A stretch of DNA of 64,000 bases from Euprymna scolopes (Eukaryota). Of the stretch, positions 38,244-53,751 are shown in pieces. Every line of letters starts with the position of its first letter. Within the stretch, counting starts at the first letter, position 1. A model generated the notes under the pieces. That model had not been told where the DNA came from. It did no database searches and worked only from the letters and a program-made list of their open reading frames with translations. A program made the position numbers and the translations under genes. The DNA is taken from assembly GCA_053919585.1 (NCBI GenBank), contig CM132787.1; one strand, given 5' to 3'.

Positions 38244-41200
38244 AATATGAGTATAAAATATATAAGTGTATGTATCAATATACATGTGTATAAACATGAT
38301 GCACGATATTTGTCGCAAATTTAACTAATTTTAATATTGTTTCTTTTTGTTACAATGATATTTTTATAATTCAATATTACTGACTATTTATTCAAACAAT
38401 TTTATCTTTAATAGTACAAATAGGTTTCTTTCACAAAATTCATTTATTCCCTTGATAGTAATATAGTTTCTTGTTTCTCGTGGTTTAATTTCGTGCGATT
38501 TGAAATTTGCAAGTCAAAAGATTTACTTGAGGGGGGGTCAGCATTTGTTAATCCTGAAAAAATAAGTTTTAATGGGTGTCCAGGAGCCGGGAGGAAAACC
38601 CTTTGATTATCGTTAATAGTGAAACTTGGGTAGTGTTTATTTCTTTTTTAGAGGCGAGATTAAAAAGGGTTTATTTATATCACACTTAAAACGGGCATGA
38701 TATAGTAAGCTGGGAGATATGCTTTGGATATTGTGTCCCATAAGGAAATTAACAGTTAGTTTAAAGCAAAGATTGATTAAAAATAAAATTGTTAACTGTT
38801 GTTTTTGCTAGTCGAATATCTGTTGCATATGTAATACAAGGGGGCGATAAGGAGAAGCTAATTTAAGCATCTTTAATGGTCATACACATAGAGTAGAGAT
38901 AGACTTGCTACGTCGTGTCTGTGAGAAAGATCAAGTAGGGACAAGGTTCGGGCTTTGCTGCTTAGTATTCGAAGCCGGTTTTGACCCTAGTCAAGGGAAA
39001 AAGTAATATTGTTTCAACTCTGGAGAAAGTTAACTTATATAAAGTTAAATGTAGCGCCAAGTGTTGGAACATCTCTGCAGCGGTTGAATGATCACATAGT
39101 TTTTCCAGTAACCTTTGTTATGGATCTTATGCACGCCTTCCACTTCAAGTGCATGTGTCAAGGTCAGATCCATAAGCTGTCTAATGCATGATAATATCTC
39201 AGGACGAGAGCAATTGTTTCCAATTGTCACCATACAGAATAGCATCTTTAAACTGAATAATTTAAGTACTTTGCAATCTCAAACCCACTGCGAACATTAA
39301 GTGACATATCCGCACACGTAAATCGATAGACACAACATAAGATACAGACGCACGCAAGCTTATAATGCCGTATATGTGTACATCAAAACTGTTTCTAGTG
39401 AAAAGGGTGTTTATAAAACATCATTAATTTTGCTGCGAATACGGAAACGTTCGACCATTCGCTGACATTTTGCAACCATTCACATATCAGAAGTGTATTA
39501 ATTATTTTTATGTGATGTCATAAGTTTCCACACCAAGATTACAATTTCCCGTTTATGTCATTTACCGACCAAGTGGCATTGCTTTGATTTCCGCTTGTGC
39601 AATAAATTCCCACCTGTCATAGAAACTTCTGCCTTTTACGCAGATTCATGTTAGAGAATCCATACTGCAAGATTAATAAGTCGGTTTTTAACATTAAAAC
39701 GCTTAATATTTCAGCAGGTTTAATTAAGATTTTTGTTAAGTACACACTTTGAATATGGAATGTGGGTCCCATCAAAATAGCGCGATGTAAATCTCCGCGT
39801 AATTCACTAAATATATAATTATATATGAATGTAATTATTATGTTATTATTAATCGTGGCGCATTGGCAATATCGAAGCGTTTACCTTTGAGTCTGTGTGA
39901 CAAAAAACTCCCAATAATTGTAATTTCTCTCGATAAAAATTGAAAATCATTTTGCATTATAAAAATTGCAGTTTAGCTTTGATATTTAATTGGCAACTAC
40001 TTTTCGCAATATGTAAAAATTGAATAGCAAAACCCTACAGAGTGTTTCATTACTGTCAGTACCCTGCCAGTTGGCATATGAAGCTGTACTTGTTTCTAGA
40101 TATTTACTTGTAAGTTACACTATATAACCATATGTACTACATACGGAAAAATAATATATTTTTATTCAGTTCTTATTATTTACTCACTAGTACAATTCGT
40201 ACGCATTGTTATCTTTGTTCGGTTAACGACAATAACAAGAAACGGCTTTTTTATCATTCGTTTCCAACTAGGAGAGAGAGTTGACCCTGTCTGTAAATCA
40301 AGTGACAATAGACCATTTGAACTAGTCTTCGCATATAGTTGAAATATTATGTGCTTACGCTCCTCTGTATATCCCTTTTCTTTGGTGGTACACAATCAAT
40401 TTGTATGGTAACAACTGGGGTTACTGCTACTATAATATGTTTGGCCATGATTTTGCAGGATCACAGATTATAAATAATTTGTCATTTCTGATGATTTCGT
40501 ATATATCTATTTCTATTTACCTTGAATACTATAATGTTTTTGTATGCATATTTCGTTAAGTGTATACAATCTTACAAAAATTCAAAGTGTGTATGGATTA
40601 ATAAATTACTGAATCAAACAATTTACTTGAAGAATAGCAAAATGCGCAAGGTATGTAAAAAAACTGTTAGAAAATGTTGCATCTATGTTGCGCTAGAATA
40701 TTTACAAAATGACATTTTGACAAATAATAACGATGACCTCTCTTCCAGAATGGTTTAATGGAGCAAAACGCACAGATGGAGAATGTTTTTCACTTGGGTT
40801 TATGCGATGCTAGATCTTCTGTGGTGTTTACAGAGGCTGGAACAAGGTGTTTTAAGAGAATTAGAGTTTATATTTGCTTTATTATAGGAAAGGTTTTATA
40901 CTAACATAGAGTTTCCACGTACTCACCCCTTCTTTAGGGCTTAGCTAGTGTCACGTGGAAATGTTTGTTTCATTCAAAAAATGAGTTTAATGTTTAAGCT
41001 GTTTGAATCACTGCCGTATTTTAGATAGTAGAAACGATCTCTTTTGTTATATGTACTTCTTGTATATATCGAAGTTTCAGAAGTTTATCTTTGTGCTCCT
41101 GTATGTATCGGTTTACTGTAGATTATTTTATGTTCATATGAAACAAGACCGATGTATTTATAAAAGCGAAAAGTGAAAAAAATCTCAGAAAAACACTTAA

Positions 41201-41249
41201 TTTACTTTGCTGGATTACAATGGTCATTACTTGACAGGGTTTCTCTTAG

Positions 41250-42210
41250 TATTTTTTATCAAGGAGTCAGTACTTATTCAGGTCCAGAGTCCACACAAGT
41301 ATAAGAGTTACTGATGCATAGTAGCCAATGGGACAATACCGAAGTAATCGTTAGCGGTGGGAATTTCGTATATTTGATTACTTAAAAGGGCAGCTCCTCA
41401 GGAACGTGTGACGTGAAGACAACCATATTTTAATCAGCTGAAAAGCAGGCAAAGAGAAGAGAATTCCGCACGCGTGCAATTCTAAGAAAGAAACTTTGTT
41501 CATGGAATCTACGCTTAGGTTTGGACACAGATAAACGGTGATAGAGAACTATTCATAGTGGTTTCAGTTAGACGAGTATTTTTCTTTAAATTTTTTCATG
41601 GGGGGGGACATAAATTGGAGCTCAAACGAGCTCTTGACATGAAAATAATAACAAAGCAGAGACAAGGTCGCAATGTCTCCTTTGGGAAATATGTTGCAAA
41701 AAAGAGAAAAGGGCATCTCCCACAAGGCTGCGAATCTTTTTGAACTCTGTCAAGGTAGGATAAGTCTTTCTCGCAGCTCCTGCCTATATGTATAAAGGTA
41801 GGGAATTATATCAGCAGTGAGATATCTACTGGATGAGTAGAATGATCTCACCAATATTCCAGCGACATTGGCAACATATATGATGTACGTGTTCCATTTC
41901 AGATCTGTAATAAAAGTCAGACCCAGAAGCTTGTCAACCCGTGGACCTTCTCCAAACTGAGATACATTCATTCAGTTGATGCCAGACGGGGATCAGAGCG
42001 TTGATGGTGAAAAGATAAAAGTGTGGTTTAAATGTATTAAAATTAACCAACCACTATTTCCCTCGCAGCACATGCTCTATATCAGAGAAAAACTTGGTCA
42101 TTTACAGCCTTGTAAATATTGTCATGGATGGTATTGTCGTCTGCATAAATGTCTACGAATGACCGAAGGATGCGATTTGGGAGATCATTTTTGCAGATTA
42201 AAAAGACGTT
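41250..42210 (-). mobile_element. Older, 5'-truncated copy of the same CR1/L2-group LINE
   Basis: NDLPNRILRSFVDIYADD and DKLLGLTFITDLKWNTYI fragments. 3'UTR (aggtccagag.ccac.caag.ataag) matches 7770-7850. Confidence 0.9.
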
Positions 42211-43187
42211 AATTAAGTTGTGTATTGTGATAAGTATTAGGTAGTACGGCGGTCTTTCAGCGTCTATCTCCATTTCTCATCGCTTTCTCAACAGTATCAA
42301 TAATTCATTCTTGTATTGCGTTCATGTATATGCATTGAAATAACCATGACTGATAATTGTGCCCTTCGATTTAATACACTCGATCCATATCAGATAATGT
42401 TTTGTGTCTGATTTNNNNNNNNNNNNNNNNNNNNNNNNNNNNNNNNNNNNNNNNNNNNNNNNNNNNNNNNNNNNNNNNNNNNNNNNNNNNNNNNNNNNNN
42501 NNNNNNNNNNNNNNNNNNNNNNNNNNNNNNNNNNNNNNNNNNNNNNNNNNNNNNNNNNNNNNNNNCCGATAGGATATTTTTTTGGAATTGACTCCAAAAA
42601 TTAACGAATATTAGAGCTGCTCCATACTTTGTAGAGGTAAGGTTTTCCATGTTTTTGTTATGTAAATTATAAATGAAGAGTTGCGTGTGTCTTTCTATTC
42701 TGGCTGTAATTTATAGTTAACGCGATTCCTCATTTAATCATGTATTCCGCTAAATACGCTTCATGCATCTATCTTAGATTTTTCATGTGAATATAATATA
42801 ATGTAATGCATTGTTTGACGCAGAATAGATGTGTTCCTATCGATAACAGGTGCTTGCAAACTATTTTATGTCGTATTATGTTTTGAATAGGTAAAATCGG
42901 TTACACTTAATTCTCTAGTATACTTTTATGTATCTATTAGGATCATGTTTTACTCTGGTTAACTTTTTAATCATTAATGTAAATTTCGGTCCAATACNNN
43001 NNNNNNNNNNNNNNNNNNNNNNNNNNNNNNNNNNNNNNNNNNNNNNNNNNNNNNNNNNNNNNNNNNNNNNNNNNNNNNNNNNNNNNNNNNNNNNNNNNNN
43101 NNNNNNNNNNNNNNNNNNNNNNNNNNNNNNNNNNNNNTTCATTTTAAAAATGAAATCTTACTTAGGACATTTACACTATTATTTACG

Positions 43188-43254
<67 letters not shown>

Positions 43255-46200
43255 CCCTTTCTTGGATTGAGCATATCGGCAAATTGTATACAATTTGCCA
43301 TTAGCGTATTAAGCGACGCTCTTTTTTGCAAACAAATCGAGCGGAGGCATTTGCACGATGTCAAAACATCGTTAAGTCCTTACCCACTCAGCATCAGCCG
43401 TATAGCATAAAGGTGATAACCCTTGACTGCCATGAGCTGTGAAACAGCNNNNNNNNNNNNNNNNNNNNNNNNNNNNNNNNNNNNNNNNNNNNNNNNNNNN
43501 NNNNNNNNNNNNNNNNNNNNNNNNNNNNNNNNNNNNNNNNNNNNNNNNNNNNNNNNNNNNNNNNNNNNNNNNNNNNNNATGGTTTGTTTCAAAGCATTCC
43601 ACTATATTTCATTTCTAATATTATTCCAACATATACTGAGCTAAATATAAAATTCATATGGTATCTCCGTAATTAAATAGATAACTATACACCGTGCACA
43701 ATTATATTATTACATATGCAGAACCAGTTTCTTGCGTATAGCTCAACATTAAATATGCATATAAATAATTCTTAGAAAAACAAGTCAATTGTGATACTTC
43801 ATTTATTATTTGAAAAGTCCGGGAAATCGCGTATTCATATTAGTATTTAATTTTACGTTTTAAAACTTTACTTTTAATTGTAATATTTTATATTTCCAAA
43901 TGTTTACATTCAGATTACTAATTTGCATTATTAGCTTATACGAACAACTGTTTTTATCACAGATTCATTAATAAGTATATAAAGTGCCAGTCTTCTGAGG
44001 AATGAAGGGCAATCCTCGATACTTCAATGATAAGATACAGATATTACTTAATAATTCTATCTGCCATCGATGAGGGAACGATAATAGTCTACCTTTCTTT
44101 ATTTAATAAAGTGTTTAGTTCGAAATTCAATACAAATTAGCGAGTTGGGAAAGACACTTGACATAAGCTTGAGATTAGATTAACCAAACTTTGTACGGGC
44201 AATCACTATGATTAACCCTGTAGTTTTAAATCTTGTATAATTCATTTATTAATTATTATTTCCGCAATGTTTTATACTCTACAATCTAAATATATATGTT
44301 TTAATAACTGAATGGAATTGGTAAGTAAGAATCCAAGCAGCAGATGTTATTAGCGATTTCTAATTATTGACATAGGTTTCACTAATATGTTTAAATTCTA
44401 TCCAATCATACAACATTCGATCGATAGAATAAACAATAAAACATAGAGCCATTAAATAAAGAGGATATTTTATATAAAATAAATGCTGTCAGTAAATATT
44501 CAAATTATCCCATTTCATTTTGGGCATGAAACAATTTACTAAAAATTTGAAATTGTTACTCTAATTTGTGTTATGTTTGTTAAATACAAATAATTTTGTG
44601 TTGTTCCTGAAATTATAATGCATTAAAAATGTGGTAGCAGGAAGGAATATCAAGGAATATATTGATGTGTTTTATCTTCTAGAATACACAATGCGGATAA
44701 TTTTTTACTGCTCCAGCGAGAGAACATAGCTATTTCGTTTTCATAACTTGTCTATCGTCTTCATTATTGGAGTATTCTTCAAGTAGAATTGATATTTATT
44801 CTTGATTTCTCATTATAACAGTTCTCCGAAACATGCTCTATCCACTTCATGAAATGTATTGCACAGGAGATTAAATATATAAGATGATCTTTATGGCGGT
44901 TCCGCATTTACTTTTTTGTATTTTATTTTTATCTCATTATTTAACAAAACGAAGAATCACTAAAACATAAATATTTTTAAAGTTCAGTTGAAGGATATAA
45001 CAGTAATAGAAACAGGATAAAAATTATGATTAATTCTCAAGTACAATCGCAAAATATGCATTGATATTGAACTTGAAATTGTTTATCTTCACAATACATA
45101 GTTGTACATTTCGCAATTGTTTTAAAAGAAACTCTATTTATCGATATTTTTTCTAATTTTATAGAGATAGAGGAAGGAAAGAGAGTTATGTGTAGTATTT
45201 ATCGCAAGAGAATCTTTTGCTGGGAAGTTATTACTGGGTTATCAAGGCTTGAAATGGTGAATCACCGATGTGGTAAGGAAAGCCTAACAATGTGTTTGTC
45301 CTGCTGAAATGGGCTGCAAGGAATATGAGGAATTATGGAACACGAAATTACTTTGTTAGGTGTGTACGCTCTCTTAAAAAGGGAAAACCTCGCAATGTCA
45401 CGCACTTTTTCATAATCGTTAGTATTTCTTGATTTTTAGTGTGAATTTGGCTATAATATCTACAGAAGATTGCATCGATATAGAGTTACTCTTATAAATA
45501 TGAAACCATTTATTTACCAACGTATTTACTGTATGTCTTTAATTTTAAGTCATCGGTAATGTCACTGCTAAGTGTTTGAAAAGGCAATTGTGTTTTAAAA
45601 TAGGTTTATAAGCGGTAGGTTACAAGCATTCTTAAAAAAAACGATTTTCCATCATTTTTTATATTGTTTTAGAATCATAGATAGGTTTTAAGGTAAGGTA
45701 CTTGCAGCAAGTAGTACCGTTTTTTCGAAAACATCGATAAATCTACTTTAATCACTACATGGGATATAGAGAATATGAAAAATTCAGGGTTGGTGCAATA
45801 AGCAGAGTAGTATTTGATAGTTATATATTACCACGTACCGCAACCAATAGCCACACTGTAGATTTCTATGTTTCTAGACTGTGTAAGATTTTATTATTTC
45901 AGAGAACTAATGTAAAATTAAAAACATGTCTACTGTTTAGAGAAAACATTAATCGGTATGTCATGATATTTTAGTGCGATGGATCAGGTAATCATACCTA
46001 ACAAATTAAGAAAATAATGTAATGAATAATTCACTCGTCAAACGTAATCTACCCTTAAAACGAAAGTTAGAAAAATAGCAATCAAATACGATTTGTTTCT
46101 GATCTTAAAAGTAATTCTAATTTTCTCACTTAAAGCGACAATTTTATTGGCAATGCGCAATAATGCCGGAGGACGATAAATACAAAATAAGGGGAATGTC

Positions 46201-47956
46201 ACGACACGTAAAATCTATGGACCAATACAATCTTATAAAAAGATTGCGTCATGAGGACTCGTATGTATTTAGTTAATGTAATAATTAAACATATTTATAA
46301 GCGCCAGTGATGCAATGATAAGTTAGATATGTAAGCGGCATATTTTATAATATTAAACTGATGATTTCCAGAATATAGAAGCACATTTATTTCAAGAAGA
46401 AAGTAAGAAGTTTCGTTCAGTGATATGATGTTTACAATATAGTTAAGTCCCGTACAAATAGGTAATTCCACCTCTAAGAGAACAGAATCACAGACGTGAA
46501 TAGACATTATAATATTTTTTTTCTAAATTCAAGAACAAGTCAATAGAATGCCACCTTCTATTATTTGCGTGTTCAACAGCTAGGATAATACAATATAAAC
46601 CTGACTTCTATTATAATCTGTTCCATCTAATGCAGAAAAGTAAAAAAAATCGCTTTAAATAATAATACGACCCAAGTTCGTTAAATGAACAAATAAAATT
46701 CATAATATGCTTGTCGACATCTAAGAAGTAATTGATTCGTCGATGATAATATGGTTCATTGATAGATAGAATAGAATAGAAACTGCGTCCAAAATAGACA
46801 TATTCAGGTTCAGAAAGAACTTAACAGAAAACTGTTTTTTTAGAATATGCTAGTCTTGCCTCGCGAAGCGTTGAAAAAAGATTCGCGTGTATAGTATGCT
46901 AGTAATCATGTTACAGAAAAAATAGAAATCCTGATTCCATAATAGGCTGGTCCAGTTTCAATAAAAATGGTGTTTACTACTGTCCAAGACGGCACCCTTT
47001 TATTTACATCCCCTTCATGATGGAGAGCGGAGTGTCACTTTTGGTCCGCACCTTATAATGCTTATAATTTGCAAAATATCAACAATTTTGAAGCATTTCG
47101 TACAATTCGACCGAATATAATGCATTGTGTTTTTTCTAGCCGATGAGGAAACAAACGTATTATTATGCTAAATATAAAAGGTGAATCTACTACACAAAAT
47201 ATATATTTGCACCAGTAAATGACCAGAATTGGCGCATTAGTGGGTGCGCCATTCTAGTGAATTTTGTTTAATTATTTGTGGCAAATATTTTTTTCTTAAT
47301 AAAACATCATTATTTGTGAAGTGGTCATACGTTTATATTAAACACTCATGAATATTTTATATGCAGTTATTATTGGTCAGAAATAATGGAACACGGGACA
47401 TTATTCTTATATTCAGTTCTATGCTAACTGCATAAGTGACTGCTGTGAATAAATTAAGTCTGTGACATCGCATCGATAAATTAATGTTTGCAAGCTTATA
47501 TTTGCTAATAGCGTGTAATACTTAAATCTTAAGTTGTAACAATGTAAGATTTTTCGGAATATCATGTTATTAACACATTTTTTTAAATTGCATATTGTAA
47601 AAAAATATAAACATTTCTTAAATACATTAAGGTACAATTTTTACGTGTATTTATTGTTGCGTTTTTCCAACACTTGTAATTATTCTTTTACATCTTAAGA
47701 CTATAAGATTGCATCAATATATGAGTAGTTGTTTTATATATTGGCAACTTAATGATTAACAACAAGAAAAATATCTTGAAACGGATTTAATCAAATGTTT
47801 AATTATTGCACAATTAAACTACATCAACACTTTATTCGATTCTGCTATATATACATTTTCATTTCATAATCAAACATTAAATGTTTTGAAACATGAATTG
47901 TAAATAAATTTCTTTTAAGTTTATTTTTAAAAAATCCTTATTTTTAATTATTTTAG

Positions 47957-48042
47957 TTCGTTTTGTTATGAAGCTTATCATAAGGAATTTGGAATGTTCC
48001 TCCCCATACATAACGGTTTAATGTTTACTTAACCAGGAATTG
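47957..48042 (+). other. Candidate non-coding 5'UTR exon of the GPCR gene
   Basis: Acceptor ttattttag|47957 and donor 48042|gtaagt. The following 147-nt intron has a CTAAC branch point (48161) and ends ttactttcag|48190. Confidence 0.45.
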
Positions 48043-49290
48043 GTAAGTACATGCATGTGTATGGTCATGTCAAGTAAAAATGAACACAATTCCCCCACTA
48101 GGTAGTATAAAACATGTATGAATATATTTGTAATGGAAAATTATGTTTTCTATCATTAAGCTAACACGAGTTTATTATTTTACTTTCAGATTACTGGAAA
48201 ATAATAACAAACTACGCATAGATGTTACTGGTACTCCCTCGTTATTCTGAATAATACTTGAGATCGGAAAATGATATTCAATCCTAACAGGGACACAAAA
48301 AGCCTTCCAATATACATCATTTGAACGTGTCTAGCCTGTTCGATATACGAAAATAAAGACGTGGTAATGTGAACAGAGTTTACGATCCTGTTTCCGTAAA
48401 ATATATCATCATCATCATCATAATCATCGGAAATATTGACACTTCTCTGAATAAAACGAGAATATAGAAATACGAGAGAATATAGACATTATTAATAGTT
48501 TACATAATGATTGTGAAGAACCATGGTTATGGCGACGATAGCCTTCATTTCTTTATCATGACTGTATAAAAATAGAGCGATGTATTAATTGTATTCATGT
48601 CGTTTCCTCCAACTATAAATTCATACATTGCACTTAATAGAACGTTGAATTTAAAGATGCAAAAGGCAACGGATATGGGCACAACCAGTATAAACTGAAG
48701 ATGAGAATAACAGAAAGCTAAAACAAAATCTTGTAATATGATGCTGGCATTTATTAACATCATGAAAAAAGGTGTTGCATTCCAAGTAATTTCCAACCAA
48801 CTAATAGAAAAGAGTAATTAATTAAAAAACATTTATTGTACGAGGTTAAAAGTAAATATAATACTATCTTAAATAAGTTGACCCGTTTTACACTCTGTAT
48901 TGTAAATTTGAATAAGTATTAGTGACACCAATATTTATAATCATTATTTTATATTATGCATGTAGATATGTATTCCAGAGTAAATATAGATAAAGATCAA
49001 CAGAAAGTGCTTATTATTTATAGAATATGAAGGGTTCGCATAATTGCATTCAAAAGATATACAAAAAAGTAATTTACTATAATAAAAGTTATTTTAGCAT
49101 TCGATGCATATAATTAGATAGCCTTATTTAAATATTGGAAGTTGGAAAATTATCTTTTAAATGTAATATAAAATCAATTATTATGAACTTGATTAAACAT
49201 TAAAAAAAAATGCTCTAGTTAAATCATGCCGATGTATTAAAAGTATATGTTTTCGTTTCTGATGCGAATTGAAGAAAATAATTCGTCAAT

Positions 49291-50034
49291 ATGGATGAAA
49301 ATATTACCTCGTCTCAAAGTAATTTTACTGAAATTGATCATTACGAACCTCCTCCAATGTATGTCCAAATAATTTTCGTTATATTCTACGGTTTAGTCAT
49401 TTTAGTTGCAGTCGGCGGGAATGTTCTTGTCTGTCATATTATTCTCGTATTCCAAAGAATGCGGACGGCCACGAACTTCTTCTTATTGAACCTCGCAATT
49501 AGCGACATTCTAATGGCGATACTTTGCATTCCCTTGACATTTGTGTCTAACGTCATGCTAACCTACTGGCCCTTCGGCAACGTGATGTGTCCCGTGGTCA
49601 CTTATATCCAAGCAGTTTCAGTTTTCCTCAGCGCGTTTACTCTCGTCGCAATGAGTATGGATCGATACGTCGCAGTGCTTTACCCACTACGTCCCAAACT
49701 TACCAACAATCAGGCAATTAAAATCATCGGTGTGACGTGGATTCTTGCGTTGGCAGCACCACTGCCTACCGCTGTTGTATCACGCGTGCTCAGCTCAAGC
49801 AACGGGAACGGATCAAACGAGACGGCTGCATTCGACGGTCTTTGTCAAGAAATCTGGGAACACGATTATCAACGTTACAGTTACAGCATGGTCATCATGC
49901 TGTTGCAATACTTCATACCTCTAGTAGTGCTGATATTCACTTATGCCCGAATAGGATACGTAGTATGGATCAAAAGTCCACCCGGTGAAGCTGTACAGAA
50001 TCGGGATCAACGGATGGCAGCCTCAAAGAGAAAG
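49291..50034 (+). CDS. RYamide/luqin-type neuropeptide GPCR (class A), first coding exon, 248 codons (N-terminus to ICL3)
   Basis: N-glycosylation sites NIT/NFT; GN in TM1; MRTATNFFLLNLAISD; WPFG..MC; DRY; TM4 W; TM5 QYFIPL..Y; ICL3 PPGEAVQNRDQRMAASKRK characteristic of RYamide receptors. Ends at the phase-0 donor AAG|GTAAGT (50035). Confidence 0.93.
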
Positions 50035-50299
50035 GTAAGTAATGCGTTATTTTTATTGAGGTATATAATTGCACCATATTAAAGAGAAAAAAACCGTTTT
50101 CATCATTTTACCAATATTCCTAAAAATTATTTAATCAAATAATTCACTTTCAGTGATGGGTGAGCATGTTTAATAATTTCTCTATATTGTGTATATCCAA
50201 ACTATTACCTAGGGAAGTGGAATTTGTTAATTTTATCATAAGCAAATGATCTACTTAATCTCCCTTATTCATTTTTTTCTACGTACGAGTTAGCTTGAA

Positions 50300-50790
50300 A
50301 GTCAACACCTGGATGTGCTGAAGAGTGTGGTGGTACTGGTGTAATAAGGTGGCCGGTGGTATACCTTGAGTATGATAGCTCAGCACACAAATCAAAAGAG
50401 ACTTAGGCTTGGCTTGAGAAGAAGTGCCACGATATTTTCCCTCCGTCTACTCGCGACATGAACCAGCTGGACTGCTCTATATGATTATACGCCGGAAACA
50501 TCCCTAATATAATGCCCCACAACACCAAAACCAGTTTGATCGACGAGTATTCACCGAATACTGGCCGATGATTGGCCACGTATTCGCCGAGCTCCTTCCA
50601 GTGCTTGCGGAAAAGGCATGCTCACAGTTCCTGATCAGTACCAAGGAGGCGATCCAGGCTGAAGGCAGTTACATTGAAAAGATGCCAGGTTTACTACATA
50701 AACAAACCACAATTTATGTTTTCAATAAAAAAAAGTTTTTAAATAAATCGATGGTATTTTCTTTAGGGCGACTAGTTTATCGTGACATGT
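50300..50790 (+). pseudogene. Tc1/mariner-superfamily transposase 3' relic in the GPCR intron
   Basis: PPSTRDMNQLD (~WPPSSPDLNPLD) ... KACSQF...EAIQAEGSYIE C-terminus. Confidence 0.7.
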
Positions 50791-51331
50791 TCTATATATA
50801 TGTGTATTTGACATCATTACATATTGTACAGTTTTGTTTGTTAGAATAAAATATATTTTAACTTAACTTTTAGCAGACATGAGTTTTATAGCATACTGAC
50901 TGTTTTCCATCTTAGACAATATGGGAAAACATAGTTCCTTGTTTTACAATGAACTAATGAAGTTATGCGAAATAACTTATATTTATTTACCATAAAACAA
51001 AATGAAGTAGTTTAAGTTTTTACATATTGAAATATTATCTCATGACCAAAAAAGTGTTAAGATATATCTACACGTCTTAATACATATAGTTAAAACGAAC
51101 CGATCTCAGGAGGAATAGAAGCAAATCCGTCACATTATTTTCCAACGTTAATTTTCGAAAGGATATATGCGTTAGGTTTAAGTGTCAAAGCACAACAATA
51201 ATAATGAAAAATACAAAATAATAATTCGATATAAGTCATGTGTTTCTCAAACTCCGAATTCCATAATTCATAATAATGACAGGAGTAAGGCTATGACAAG
51301 AGAATATTCTTATCATGATTTTGAATCGTAA

Positions 51332-51415
<84 letters not shown>

Positions 51416-51862
51416 CACAGTTAGACAACATTAATCAATCGAGAACCACATCCCTCTATCTAAAAACATATGAGATATTTACTGATATAATCTCGGGAGT
51501 CACAATAATGTACAGAACAATCTCTTGTAATAGCTCTAGTAATTAGGTAGGGAGCTAATAGAGAACATGTCCACTGCTTACGCTTGCTCTCAGAATTCTG
51601 TAATACATAACTGAAGACTTCAGATAGAACAATAATTGTCCTTATGGTTTGAGCTATTTTCAGAGAACGAATATTNNNNNNNNNNNNNNNNNNNNNNNNN
51701 NNNNNNNNNNNNNNNNNNNNNNNNNNNNNNNNNNNNNNNNNNNNNNNNNNNNNNNNNNNNNNNNNNNNNNNNNNNNNNNNNNNNNNNNNNNNNNNNNNNN
51801 NNNNNNNNNNNNNNNNNNNNNNNNNNNNNNNNNNNNNNCGTTGCCAGGGTCGACATGAAGTG

Positions 51863-51940
<78 letters not shown>

Positions 51941-51941
<1 letters not shown>

Positions 51942-52999
51942 TAGAATGGATACCCAGCGTTGTCAGAACATGAAGTTCGGCTTGGCTACACCTGCTATAC
52001 TAAGAATATTGAGCAGTTTTTCATTAATATATGTCAACTCCATCGTTACCCCAACAAAAATTTCCAAGTAAAAAACGAATGGAAACACGAAAATATAACC
52101 CCCTCCCCCCGAAAAAAGAAGTACGTGAGAAACTCTCTACCAGATATTTACGCAGAAGGGATACGTAGAGAAATTATTCTCCGGATACAGAGCGACGTTT
52201 TATGACTATATTCCAGTTCAAGCGAATTTCTTTTATGCTACCTCAGGCAAAATACATTTGTCTTTACGGTATGTTGCAACGAAAACAAACTGTATATAAC
52301 TCAGTTTCAAACATACGAAAGTAGAATTTGTGTTAAGCGAATGTTTATGTTATAAAAATGGTGAGTTATTACTTATTGCGTTATTAAAAGAAAAAATAGT
52401 TAAGATGTCAAAAAATGTGAAGAAAAAAAACTGGTAAAAAACGTAAATGAAAATTTTTGTTTTGTTTTTGTTTTAAATAAAGAATCGCAGTTGTATTGAA
52501 TTGTTTGTTTAGTTTAAACATTCACTGGACCACAACGTTAATTGCGAAGTCGCGGAAATTATTTTATTTAAACTAATTCCAAAAGTAATGCTTGAAATTT
52601 TTTTAGTTTTAATATCCGCCGAATAAGAAAACAACAACAACAACAACAAAAAATGAACACCGATCGTGCCTATGGGAGCTAACTCAAACCGATTCATAAA
52701 AAAATCGATGTTGGTAAAATAAATTAAATCAAATATGTAACCAATATACATCAAATTTAAATAACAAACTTAAATAGAACACTTACAATAATTCTCTCAC
52801 TATAAACAATATCTAATACACCGCTATTAAATAAAGTCCATTTTCCTTAATGTAATATGCAAACGACGTCAGCTCTTTAATCTTATATTTAGCAATAATC
52901 ATAGTATATATAGGAATGAGAAAACAATGTATTTTTATATATATTAATCAACTTGTGAACAAACAAACAGACAGGAATACGAATTTATATATACATAGT
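51941..52999 (-). mobile_element. Non-autonomous Helitron-like element
   Basis: Plus-strand A-CTAG...cccagcgttg is the minus-strand 3' hairpin plus CTAG|T. The other end, caaacaaacagacag...tttatatatacatag, resembles the Helitron 5' end at 21657. Confidence 0.55.
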
Positions 53000-53751
53000 T
53001 AAATAAATAAATGAATACAGAAATTGAGAAAGAATTATAGCACACAATAAATGTAAATAGTTAATTGCGAATAAATACATTTGTCTCACGTTTCTCTCTA
53101 ATGATTAACATACAAACACATAAATCCTGGTCTTGACGATATAAATAGTTTCACTTTTGCGAAATTTTACTCGCTTAATTACCCAGAACAAAATCTACCG
53201 AAGGAAACTCGAGCAACCAAGTTAGTGTTTATTTTCAAATAAATGGGCATCTCAAGGATCAATAAAACAGCTTAAAATACGTAAGTTTGACTACAACCGC
53301 TCAGCTGTCTCCGGTATGAAGAGTGTATTTATTGATAGATATTTAAGTGTTGAGTGTCAGAGATTGCTAAGGTTGCGAAGCGTAGACTTGGAATTTCTAG
53401 CACACGTTAGATGTTAAGATCTTACCAAAACTATAATTAGCTGAACTAAAATTACATGGGGGGGGCATGTTTTCTATTCTTCTAAGTCGCTTTTATTGTA
53501 ATTTTATTAATATGATATGATATTTTTATTAATAAAAAAAACATTATTTTAGCATTGCATCTATTTAAAAGACATGCACAATGTTTGGAATATGAATTAA
53601 AGCAGCCAGTGTAAATTAATTGAAAATCTGATTCTAGGCCAATCTCGTAGGTTGCCATTTTTTAAAATGTAGATTTCCTCGAAGTGGGTGTTCATGTTTC
53701 ATTTACACTATGCTTCATTAGTGAATAAAATGGCGAAAAAAATACACACTT

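Noticed and set aside
50035-50082. C-terminal 15 aa of the 263-aa GPCR ORF
   Set aside because: Read-through past the GTAAGT donor into the intron.
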